DNA of 64,000 bases, from contig DATBIN010000043.1 in NCBI GenBank assembly GCA_036556925.1, positions 7,050-71,049 on the forward strand. The letters are read 5' to 3'. The notes under the pieces were generated by a model, which worked only from the letters and a program-made list of their open reading frames with translations, did no database searches and was not told the origin of the DNA. Origin of the DNA: Gaiella sp. GTDB lineage: Bacteria; Actinomycetota; Thermoleophilia; Gaiellales; Gaiellaceae. Positions 52,152-60,557 of this stretch are shown in pieces. The position numbers and the translations under genes are program-made. Position 1 is the stretch's first letter. Every line of letters begins with the position of its first letter.

Positions 52152-53348
52152 ATGGTCGCCTGCCTCCTCGTCTCCGGGTTCGAGCTTCGGGCAGCGCTCC
52201 GGGCGCGGCCGAGGCTCATGCTGGCGCCTGCGGCCCTCGCGCCGGAGCCGGGGACGGAGCCGCTCCTCGGCCCGGTGACGGCGGCTGCCGAGAAGCTCGG
52301 GGTGAAGGCGGGCATGCGCCTGGGGGAGGCGCTCGCGACCTGCCCGGGGCTCGTGCTCGTCGAACGCGACCCGACGGCGGTGGAGCAGGAGTGGGAGGCG
52401 CTCCTGCGGCGGTTGGAGGACGTCGGCATTGCGGTGGAGCCGGACGAGACCGGCGTCGTCTACTTCGAGACGCGCGGGGTGGAGCGGCTCTACGGAGGAG
52501 TGGAGGCGGCGCTCACGCGGGCGCTCGCCTCCGCCGGTCCTGTCTGGGACCCGCGTGCGGGTGCCGGGGGGCGCCGGTTCGTCGCTCTTGCTGCGGCGAG
52601 CGTCGCGCGTCCCGGACAGGCGGTGATCGTCGAGGGGAAGGAGGAGCAGGCGTTTCTCGAGCCACTCCCTCTCACGCTGCTGCCGCTCGAGCGGGAGCGA
52701 TACGCCGAGCTCGAAGGGCTCGGGGTACGCCGGCTCGGCGAGCTCGCCCGGCTGCCTGGGGGCGCCGTCGCGGAGCGGCTGGGGCCGGAGGGGAAGCGGG
52801 CGTGGAGCCTGGCAGGCGGGGAGCGCCACAACGCTCATCAAACCCGTGTGCGTGGGCGATCTCCCGCGGCAGAGCTGGTCGAGGCGCTCTCCTTCCCCGA
52901 GGCGGTCGCAAACGAGCTCACCCTGCGCCGGGCTTTCGCCGCGCTCCTCGACCGGCTGGTGAACCGGCCGGAGCGGGCGGGACGGCCGTTCCGCAAGGTC
53001 GCGCTCTCCGCGCGGCTCGTGGGCGGCGGTTCCTGGCGTCGCACGACGACGCTGAGGGAGGCGACCGCCGAGCGGGCGCGCCTCCGCGCGGCGCTCGGGC
53101 CGAAGCTCGCCGAGCTCCCCGCACCCGTCGTCGAGCTGCGTCTCGAGGCGGTGGAGCTCGCAGAGCACACGGGACGGCAGCTGGCGCTCGTCGCGCCCGA
53201 GGGGGCGGAAGCCGACGCGCTCCTGCGCGAGGGGCTGCGGCAGGTCCGCGCCGGGGTAGGCGCCGGCTCCGTCTGCGCGGTCGTCGAGGTGGCGCCGTGG
53301 TCGCGGATACCGGAGTCTCGGGCGCTGGTCGTGCCGCGGGACGTGTGA
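52152..53348 (+). CDS. imuB: ImuB-like catalytically inactive Y-family polymerase
   Basis: AAEKLGVKAGMRLGEALATCP, FLEPLPL, LGVRRLGELARLP; catalytic carboxylates absent; clamp-like QLAL; LexA boxes; dnaE2 downstream. Confidence 0.88.
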   Translation: MVACLLVSGFELRAALRARPRLMLAPAALAPEPGTEPLLGPVTAAAEKLGVKAGMRLGEALATCPGLVLVERDPTAVEQEWEALLRRLEDVGIAVEPDETGVVYFETRGVERLYGGVEAALTRALASAGPVWDPRAGAGGRRFVALAAASVARPGQAVIVEGKEEQAFLEPLPLTLLPLERERYAELEGLGVRRLGELARLPGGAVAERLGPEGKRAWSLAGGERHNAHQTRVRGRSPAAELVEALSFPEAVANELTLRRAFAALLDRLVNRPERAGRPFRKVALSARLVGGGSWRRTTTLREATAERARLRAALGPKLAELPAPVVELRLEAVELAEHTGRQLALVAPEGAEADALLREGLRQVRAGVGAGSVCAVVEVAPWSRIPESRALVVPRDV

Positions 53349-53596
53349 GCGCCCGGGCGGCCGGACGACTCAACCCGCCGCGGCCGGCGCTCGTCGAGAC
53401 CGGCCTCGACGGCACCCCTCGCCTCGTCAACCGGGAGGCGGTCTCGGTCGTCCGGGAGGAGTGGCGGGTGGTCGACCGCTGGTGGACGGACGAGCCGGTC
53501 GACCGCCGCTACTTCGAGGTCGTGCTGGAGGGAGGCCGCAACACGGCCGTGTACTGGGACGGGGAAGCGAAATGCTGGTTCACGCAGCGCGCGTGA
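53345..53596 (+). CDS. Free-standing ImuB C-terminal-like (DUF6504-like) protein, 83 aa
   Basis: LNPPRP..V, EEWRVVDRWW, RRYFEV, WF; GTGA-coupled to imuB. Confidence 0.82.
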   Translation: MSARAAGRLNPPRPALVETGLDGTPRLVNREAVSVVREEWRVVDRWWTDEPVDRRYFEVVLEGGRNTAVYWDGEAKCWFTQRA

Positions 53597-53678
53597 GCCG
53601 GCGTGCGGCACAGACGCGTCGGGGCGACATCGTTGTCGTAGCGGTCGCCACCGGGCCGCGCTGTCATGAGCGAAGGCC

Positions 53679-53707
53679 GGGGTCAGACCCCTGCGGAGTC
53701 AGACCCC
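53679..53707. repeat. REP-like doublet GGGGTCAGACCCC-tgc-GGAGTCAGACCCC
   Basis: Two 13-nt imperfect palindromes; contains the stop codon of the nitronate monooxygenase gene. Confidence 0.7.
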
Positions 53708-54768
53708 AGGCGCGAGAGGGTCTTCTCGGTCTCGCGTACGAGCGCCTCCACGAGCTCCGCCGCGGGCAGGCTCCGCACGAGGCCGGCTGCCTGCCCGGCG
53801 AGCACGGGCACGAGGTCGGCGCGACCGGCGTCGAGCGCCGCGCTGCGGATGTCCAGCGCCAGGACGGCCTGGAGCGGAAACGGAAGCGGGGGGACGCCCG
53901 AGTGCTCGACCGCGTCGCTCAACGGGGTGCGGAGCGCGCGGACGTGGCGCCCCGTGTAGGCGGTCGTGACCGTGGTCGAGTCGTCGGCTGCTCCGGCGAG
54001 CGCGCGGCGGTAGAGCTCGGGAGCGCCGCTCTCGGGGCAGCCGAGGAAGGCCGTGCCGAGCTGGACGCCCTCGGCGCCGAGCGCCAGGGCTGCGGCGATG
54101 CCGCGGCCGTCCATGACCCCGCCCGCCAGCAGGACCGGCACCGAGACACGGTCGACGGCCTGCGGCACGAGCGCCATCCCGCCCACGAATGCGTTCTCGA
54201 AGGCGGTGAGGAAGGTGCCTCGATGGCCGCCCGCCTCGCTCCCCTGCGCGACGACTGCGTCGACGCCGCGCGCCTCGAGCTCGACGGCCTCGGCCGCTGT
54301 CGTCGCGGTCCCGAGGATGACGCTCCCCGCCTCCTTCACCGCCTCGAAGGGGACCGTGCCGAAGGTGAAGCTGAACACCGGCACGCGCTCCTCCAGGACG
54401 ACGGCGAGCTGGTCGTCGACGGCTGCGGGCGGCAGGGTGGGCACGTCGCTCGGCTCCGGCAGCCCGAGCTCGGCGCGGAAGGGGGCGAGCACGGCGTTCA
54501 TCGCCGCGGTTTCATCTGCGTCGGCCCGAGGTGGCGGCAGCGGAGCGAAGAGGTTCACCCCGAACGGCTGCTCGGTCAGCCGGCGGACGGCCCGGATCTC
54601 CTCGCGGAGGTCGTCGGGGGAGAGCAGGGCGCCGCCGAGCGAGCCGAGAGCTCCGGCGTCAGAGACCGCGGCCACGAGCTCGGGCGTCGTGTGGCCTCCG
54701 GCCATCGGGGCCTGCACGATCGGGTACCGCGTTCCGAGGAGCCGAGCGACGCGCGTCGCCGGGAACAT
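53683..54768 (-). CDS. Nitronate monooxygenase family flavoprotein
   Basis: PIVQAPMAGG, PFGVNLF, SFTFG, AQGSEAGGHRGTF, AGG.MDGRG, QLGTAFL, TGR..R. Confidence 0.92.
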   Translation of the reverse strand: MFPATRVARLLGTRYPIVQAPMAGGHTTPELVAAVSDAGALGSLGGALLSPDDLREEIRAVRRLTEQPFGVNLFAPLPPPRADADETAAMNAVLAPFRAELGLPEPSDVPTLPPAAVDDQLAVVLEERVPVFSFTFGTVPFEAVKEAGSVILGTATTAAEAVELEARGVDAVVAQGSEAGGHRGTFLTAFENAFVGGMALVPQAVDRVSVPVLLAGGVMDGRGIAAALALGAEGVQLGTAFLGCPESGAPELYRRALAGAADDSTTVTTAYTGRHVRALRTPLSDAVEHSGVPPLPFPLQAVLALDIRSAALDAGRADLVPVLAGQAAGLVRSLPAAELVEALVRETEKTLSRLGSDSAGV

Positions 54769-54777
54769 GCGCGAACG

Positions 54778-54933
54778 CTAATCGATGTCGGCGTCGAGCT
54801 CCTCGACGTCGTAGACGTCGTGGCGCTCGAAGAAGCCGTCCGGTGGCTCGTCTCCGGCCGCTCGGATCTCGTTCAGCTCTCGCCAGTACCGGGCGAACCC
54901 GCCGGGCGTGTGGAGATTCCAGCTCGTGGCCAT
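54778..54933 (-). CDS. 51-aa ORF resembling the C-terminal tail of a cupin domain (fragment or small protein)
   Basis: MATSWNLHTPGGFARYWRELNEIR...FFERHDVYDV; below the ORF-track cutoff; high GC3. Confidence 0.55.
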   Translation of the reverse strand: MATSWNLHTPGGFARYWRELNEIRAAGDEPPDGFFERHDVYDVEELDADID

Positions 54934-54945
54934 GCGACGCCCAGC

Positions 54946-55887
54946 CTAGTCGGCCAGGCGCGTCGCGACCACCGCCGCCGGGTCGCCGCCTCCGTCCGCG
55001 GGCGGCTCGTGCTGGTCGAAGCCGGGGTAGCGCCCGCGGAGGTAGTCACCGAAGCCGCAGGAGGGTGCGTGGAGGTTGAGGAAGCGCGCGTCGGTGTCGT
55101 GGTCGTTCGCGAACGAGTGGACGACGACAGGAGGCACGACCAGGATCGTCCCCGCGTCCGCCTGCAGCGACGCCCCGCGCAGGGTGAACGTGAGCGTCCC
55201 CTCGAGCACGACGAACGCGTCGGCGTGGTCGTAGTGGACGTGGGGGTCCGGCCCGCGCTCTCCCGGCGTGTAGACGGACTCCGTCACGGCGAGCTCGGAC
55301 GTGTCCGCGAGCAGCGTCACGCGCCGCTCCGGCCGGTCCGTGATGGGCTCGCCTCTCCCCGCTCCGGCGCCGGCAACGCCGGCACCTGGGCTCCCGGGCG
55401 GCTCCGTCGAGCCTACGCCGCCGTCCCCACCGAGCTGCACGGCGACCGCAGCTCCGGGGTCGAGGCCGCCGCCCTCGGGCGGATCGTGCTGGTCGAACCC
55501 CTCCCGTGCGCGGTAGACGTCCTCCGGCCCGGCGGCACGGGCCAGGCGCTCGATGAAGCCCCGGTAGCCGGCCGACGGCGCATGGACGTTGAGGATCCGC
55601 ACCCGCTCGACCGGCGCGAACGTGTGGACGACGCCTGCCGGCACCTGCACCCAGCTCTCGCCCTCCACGGTGCGCTCACCGTCTGCGAGCGCGAGACGCA
55701 GGCCGCCCTCGAGCACGAGGAAGCAGTCCGCATGCTCCCGGTGGACGTGTGCCGGAGGCGTGGGGCCCCCGGCGCCGAGCGTCCCGTGAGACATGCTCAG
55801 CCACGGCGTGTCGGCCACCAGCTCGAGACGCAGCTCCGGGCGGTCGGCCAGGAGCTCCCCGCGGCGGATCTCGATCGCGCGCCCCAT
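54946..55887 (-). CDS. Bicupin protein
   Basis: Two cupin repeats: HVH..HAD.F.VLEG ... VP..VVH.F ... N.HAP. Confidence 0.88.
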   Translation of the reverse strand: MGRAIEIRRGELLADRPELRLELVADTPWLSMSHGTLGAGGPTPPAHVHREHADCFLVLEGGLRLALADGERTVEGESWVQVPAGVVHTFAPVERVRILNVHAPSAGYRGFIERLARAAGPEDVYRAREGFDQHDPPEGGGLDPGAAVAVQLGGDGGVGSTEPPGSPGAGVAGAGAGRGEPITDRPERRVTLLADTSELAVTESVYTPGERGPDPHVHYDHADAFVVLEGTLTFTLRGASLQADAGTILVVPPVVVHSFANDHDTDARFLNLHAPSCGFGDYLRGRYPGFDQHEPPADGGGDPAAVVATRLAD

Positions 55888-55907
55888 CGGGACCGAGCCT
55901 AGTCGCC

Positions 55908-58900
55908 GTGGGATACGTCGAGCTGCACTGCCACTCCGCGTACTCGTTCCTCGACGGGGCCTCGCAGCCCGAGGAGCTCGCCGTCCGGGCGGCGGAGCTC
56001 GGCTACCCGGCGCTCGCGCTCACCGACCACGACGGCGTCTACGGCTCGCTGGAGTTCGCGCATGCGGCGAAGGAGCTCGGCGTGCGGCCCATCACCGGCG
56101 CCGAGGTGACCGTGCGCAGTGCCGGCACGACTGAGCCGCGCAGGAGCGGCGGTGCCGGCGCTGTCGACCCCCCCGCGGGAGACGGCAGCACCCACGTCAC
56201 GCTGCTGGCGGCGTCCTCCACGGGCTACGCGAACCTCTGCCGCATCCTCACCGCCGCGCACGCGGGGACGCGTCCCGCGGGCGACGCAAGCGCGAGGTAC
56301 ATCTCGCCGCGACCGCCCGCCGTCGACCTCGACGTGGTCGCGCGGCACAACGAGGGGCTCGTCTGTCTCTCGGGCTGCGCGCGCGACGGGCTCGGGCTGC
56401 GCGATCCGAACGGCGCCGCACGGCTCGCCTCGGCGTTCGGCCGTGAGCGCTTCTACGTCGAGCTGCAGCGCACCTACGAGCGCGGCGACGCCCGCCGGCA
56501 CGTCCTGCTGCGCGATCTCGCGGAGCATCTCGGGGTCGAGACCGTCGCCACCGGGAACGTCCACGCGCACTCCCGCCGCCGCGCCGTGCTGCAGGACGTG
56601 CTCGTCGCGATCCGCTGCTGCACCTCGCTCGACGGCTGCGAGCGCGAGCGGCGCGGCAACCGCGAGTGCGTCCTCCTTCCTCCGGCGGAGATGGCGGAGC
56701 GGTTCGCGACGATCGACCCCGAGGCCGCGGCGCGCACCGTCCGTCTCGCCGAGCGGCTCGAGTTCGACCTCACGCAAGAGCTCGGCTACCGCTACCCCGA
56801 CTTCTCCGACGGTCGCGAGCCGGCGATCGATCACTTGGCTGCTGTCTGCCGTGGAGCGTTCGACGACCGATACGCGACCGTCAAGCAAACCGTGCGAGCG
56901 CGTGCGCTCGAACGGCTCGAGAGCGAGCTCGCGCTCATCGACGAGCTCGGGCTGGCCGGGTTCTTCCTCCTCCACTGGGAGGTGCTCGAGCTGGCGCGCG
57001 AGTGCGCCCTCGAGGTGCGCGGCCGGGACTCTCCCCGGCGGTTCCTGCCGCCCGGGCGGGGGCGGGGGAGCTCGGTCGGCTCCATCGTGTGCTACCTGAC
57101 CGGCCTCTCCCACATCGACCCGGTCGCGAACGACCTCTCGCTCGGGCGCTTCCTGAACCGCGAGCTCCAGTCGGTGCCGGACATCGACCTCGACTTCCCG
57201 CGGGACATCCGCGAGAAGCTCATCGTGGCCGTGACGGAGCGCTACGGGCACGAGCACGCGGCGCTCGTCGCGAGCTTTCCCACCTATCGCTCGCGCGGAG
57301 CGATCCGCGACGTCGGCAAGGCGCTCGGGCTGCCGCAGGCGGAGCTCGAGCGGCTGGCGCGCGTCTCCGACGGCTGGAACGCGACACGCGTGGCCCGGGA
57401 GGTGGCCGAGCTGCCCGATGCCGAGCGCAAGCTCGGCTCGCGGCGCTGGCGCGCGTTCCAGCTCCTGACGGCCGAGATCGCCGGCCTGCCGCGCAACGTC
57501 TCGCAGCATCCGGGCGGGATGGTGATCTCCTCGCGGCCGCTCGTGGAGCTCGTCCCGGTGCAGCCGGCGGCGATGGCGGGACGCCGGCTCTGCCAGTGGG
57601 ACAAGGACTCGTGCGCGGACGCGGGCTTCCTCAAGATCGACCTGCTCGGGCTGGGCATGCTCTCGTGTGTCGAGGACTGCGTCGACCAGATCGCGCGCCT
57701 CTACGGCGAGCCGATCGACCTCTCCCGCATCCCGCTCGACGACGGAGACGTGTTCCGCGAGATCCAGGACGCCGACACCGTCGGCGTCTTCCAGATCGAG
57801 TCGCGCGCGCAGATGCAGAGCCTCCTGCGCACGCGGCCGGAGACGATCGACGACCTCACCATCCAGGTCGCGCTCGTGCGGCCGGGACCGATCCAGGGCA
57901 AGGCGGTGCATCCGTACATCGAGCATCGGCGGCGGCTACGCGAGGACCCGTCCTTCGTCTTCCCGGTCGACCACGAGTCGCTGCGCGAGCCGCTCGCGTC
58001 CACGCTCGGCGTCGTCGTCTTCCAGGATCAGGTGCTCGACGTCGCGATCGCCCTCGCGGGCTTCTCGGTGGGAGAGGCGGAAGGGCTGCGGCGCGCGATG
58101 AGCCGCAAGCGCAGCCTCGCCGCGCTCGAGGCATACCGGCAGCGCTTCGTGGAGGGCGCCGAGCGCAACGGCGTCGACGCGGAGATCGCGAACGGCGTCT
58201 ACGACAAGCTCGTCGGCTTCTCCGGCTTCGGCTTCCCGAAGTCGCATGCAGCCGCCTTCGGCCTGCTCGCGTACCAGTCCGCGTGGCTGCGCCACCACTA
58301 TCCGGCGGAGTTCCTCTGTGCGCTCCTGAACGAGCAGCCGATGGGGTTCTACCCGCCTGCGACCCTCGTGCGGGACGCACAGCGCCGGGGCGTTCAGGTG
58401 CTGCCGCCGGACGTCAACCTGAGCGAGGCGCGGTGCGCGCTGGACGTCGGGGAAGACGCCACTGCCGTTCGCATCGGTCTCGCCTACGTCACGTCGGTGG
58501 GGGAGGACGACGCGGAGGCGGTCGTGGCCGAGCGGGAGCGGGACGGGTCCTACAGGGACGTCGGCGACATGGCGCGCCGCGCGCCCGTGTCGCGGGACGA
58601 GCTCGAGGCGCTCGTGCGGGGCGGCGCGTGCGACGCGCTCGGCCGGCGGCGAGACCTCCTCTGGGAGCTCGGCCTCGCCACGCGTCCGCGGACGGTGGAG
58701 GGAACGCGCGGCGAGGCCAAGCAACTGCCGCTGTCGCTCGAGCCGACGGTGTCCACGCCGGAGCTCCCCGACCTCACGCGCTGGGAGCGGATGCTCGCCG
58801 ACTACCGCGAGACCGGCCTCTCGGTGGGCGTGCATCCGCTGGCGCTGCTCAGGCCACACCTGCCGGTGGGCACGCTGTCGAGCGCCGAGCTGAACGTCGC

Positions 58901-59225
58901 AGCGCACGGCGCGCAGGTCGCCTTCGCCGGGCTCGCGGTCGCCCGACAGCGCCCGGCAACGGCGAAGGGGATCGTCTTCATGCTGCTCGAGGACGAGCAC
59001 GGGCAGGTGAACCTCATCGTCCCGTCGGCCGTCTACGAGCGGCATCGCGCGATCGTGCGCGGCGAGCCGCTGCTCCTCGTCCGCGGCCGCTTCGAGCGCG
59101 TGGAGCGGAACCGGAACGTGCTCGTCTCCTCGCTCGAGAGCCTCTCGGCGCTGGCCCGCCGCGCGGCGGAGTCGGACGAGGTGGTCGCGTCCCTGCCCCG
59201 CGCCCACCATTTCGGGCACCGCTGA
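55908..59225 (+). CDS. dnaE2: Error-prone DNA polymerase DnaE2 (ImuC)
   Basis: ELHCHSAYSFLDG, GRGS, PDIDLDF, SQHPGG, QWDKD, FQIESRAQM, RPGPIQG, FGFPKSHA, QPMGFY, RQRPATAKG. Confidence 0.96.
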   Translation: MGYVELHCHSAYSFLDGASQPEELAVRAAELGYPALALTDHDGVYGSLEFAHAAKELGVRPITGAEVTVRSAGTTEPRRSGGAGAVDPPAGDGSTHVTLLAASSTGYANLCRILTAAHAGTRPAGDASARYISPRPPAVDLDVVARHNEGLVCLSGCARDGLGLRDPNGAARLASAFGRERFYVELQRTYERGDARRHVLLRDLAEHLGVETVATGNVHAHSRRRAVLQDVLVAIRCCTSLDGCERERRGNRECVLLPPAEMAERFATIDPEAAARTVRLAERLEFDLTQELGYRYPDFSDGREPAIDHLAAVCRGAFDDRYATVKQTVRARALERLESELALIDELGLAGFFLLHWEVLELARECALEVRGRDSPRRFLPPGRGRGSSVGSIVCYLTGLSHIDPVANDLSLGRFLNRELQSVPDIDLDFPRDIREKLIVAVTERYGHEHAALVASFPTYRSRGAIRDVGKALGLPQAELERLARVSDGWNATRVAREVAELPDAERKLGSRRWRAFQLLTAEIAGLPRNVSQHPGGMVISSRPLVELVPVQPAAMAGRRLCQWDKDSCADAGFLKIDLLGLGMLSCVEDCVDQIARLYGEPIDLSRIPLDDGDVFREIQDADTVGVFQIESRAQMQSLLRTRPETIDDLTIQVALVRPGPIQGKAVHPYIEHRRRLREDPSFVFPVDHESLREPLASTLGVVVFQDQVLDVAIALAGFSVGEAEGLRRAMSRKRSLAALEAYRQRFVEGAERNGVDAEIANGVYDKLVGFSGFGFPKSHAAAFGLLAYQSAWLRHHYPAEFLCALLNEQPMGFYPPATLVRDAQRRGVQVLPPDVNLSEARCALDVGEDATAVRIGLAYVTSVGEDDAEAVVAERERDGSYRDVGDMARRAPVSRDELEALVRGGACDALGRRRDLLWELGLATRPRTVEGTRGEAKQLPLSLEPTVSTPELPDLTRWERMLADYRETGLSVGVHPLALLRPHLPVGTLSSAELNVAAHGAQVAFAGLAVARQRPATAKGIVFMLLEDEHGQVNLIVPSAVYERHRAIVRGEPLLLVRGRFERVERNRNVLVSSLESLSALARRAAESDEVVASLPRAHHFGHR

Positions 59226-60557
59226 TCAGGGGCCGGCCGAGACGATCCCGTAGGCGACCGGGCCCGGGAGGCGTCGTACCTCGCGGATCGGCCCTCGCGG
59301 CAGCGCGGCGCGCACGAGCCGGCCGTCGGCGAAGCCGACGCCGTACGCGGTCGCGCCGACGAGCGCCGTCTGCTGCGCCTGCCAGCCCCGCAGGCGCGCG
59401 ACGAGCCGGAGCGCGCCGTCATACACGCGGATGTCGTCCGAGCCGAACCGAGGGAAGAACGCGAGCCGTCCGCGGCCGAGCCAGAAGACGTCTCCGGCAG
59501 CCTCGGCGTTGCGGAGCGCGGCGGTGCGGACGACTGCCCGCCGAGCGCCGAGAGCGACGACCACGACGCGCGAGACCGGCGACGCGGTGCGCTGGTCGTC
59601 GGCTACGCCGGCGAGGCGCGTGCCCCGTGCGTCGGGGACGAGTGGGCCGGTGAAGGCCGGGATGCGACCGAGACGGCGGACGGCGCGGGTGCGGAGGTCG
59701 ACCGCGAGAAGCGTCGCGCCGGTGCGGCCCGCATTGACGTACGCAACCCGATCCGTGAGCGAGGCCGAGGGCGCCGTGCCTCGCCAGAGCACGGCCGCAC
59801 CGCCGGGCCCGAGGCGGACGAGCCGTCCCCGCCCGGAGCCCTCCGTGCTCGAGAGAAAGACGATCGCCTCGCGGCCGTCGGGCCGGGTGCACCGGACGGT
59901 CGTGGGGAAGGCGCCGCCCGGGGCGGTCACGGGCTGTCGCCGCACCTGTCGGAGCGAGCGGAGCTCGCGCACCGCGACCGCGAACCCGCCGGCGTCGGTG
60001 CGCACGAGCTCGACGACGCGGCGCCCGCCGGAGCAGGGCGAGAAGGCGATCACCGACCCCGCACCCGTGCCGTACGCGAGCGTGCGCCCCGTGCGGTCGA
60101 GGGCGATTGTCCGCACGGGCCCGAAGCGACCGGCGACGAGGAGCGCCACCGGGCCCTTCCCGCTCGGGGGCGGCAGTGGCCGTGCAGCCTCACGCAGGCG
60201 GGCCGGCTCGACCTGTGAGCAGAGCGTGCCGGTCCACCGCGGGCCGTCCCGCTCGAGGAAGAGCCCGATGCGGGTGCCGACCGGCGCCTCGATGCCGCAG
60301 GCGGCGCTGTTCGACGGGGTGCGGACCTCGACGGTGTCGCCGATCGCGCCCTTGAACGCCTCCTCGACGTCGAAGATCAGCGTCGCGCCCGCCGCCGACT
60401 CGTCCCGCCGGCCCACCACCGTGCCGACGAAGGCGCCGTCGGAGCTCGTGAGCATCGCGCGCGGATCGAGCACCGCGCAGGAGCACGCGTGCGCCGGCTC
60501 GGCGGTGCCCGCGAGAGCCGCCGCCGCGACGACGGCGCAGAGCGCGAGGAGCCTCAT
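59226..60557 (-). CDS. Secreted protein: TIMP-like N-terminal domain (A-H-A|CSC) plus probable beta-propeller
   Basis: Signal peptide ending AHA, CSC, FVGTV, VEEAFKG, AACG, LCS; beta-rich C-terminus. Confidence 0.78.
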   Translation of the reverse strand: MRLLALCAVVAAAALAGTAEPAHACSCAVLDPRAMLTSSDGAFVGTVVGRRDESAAGATLIFDVEEAFKGAIGDTVEVRTPSNSAACGIEAPVGTRIGLFLERDGPRWTGTLCSQVEPARLREAARPLPPPSGKGPVALLVAGRFGPVRTIALDRTGRTLAYGTGAGSVIAFSPCSGGRRVVELVRTDAGGFAVAVRELRSLRQVRRQPVTAPGGAFPTTVRCTRPDGREAIVFLSSTEGSGRGRLVRLGPGGAAVLWRGTAPSASLTDRVAYVNAGRTGATLLAVDLRTRAVRRLGRIPAFTGPLVPDARGTRLAGVADDQRTASPVSRVVVVALGARRAVVRTAALRNAEAAGDVFWLGRGRLAFFPRFGSDDIRVYDGALRLVARLRGWQAQQTALVGATAYGVGFADGRLVRAALPRGPIREVRRLPGPVAYGIVSAGP

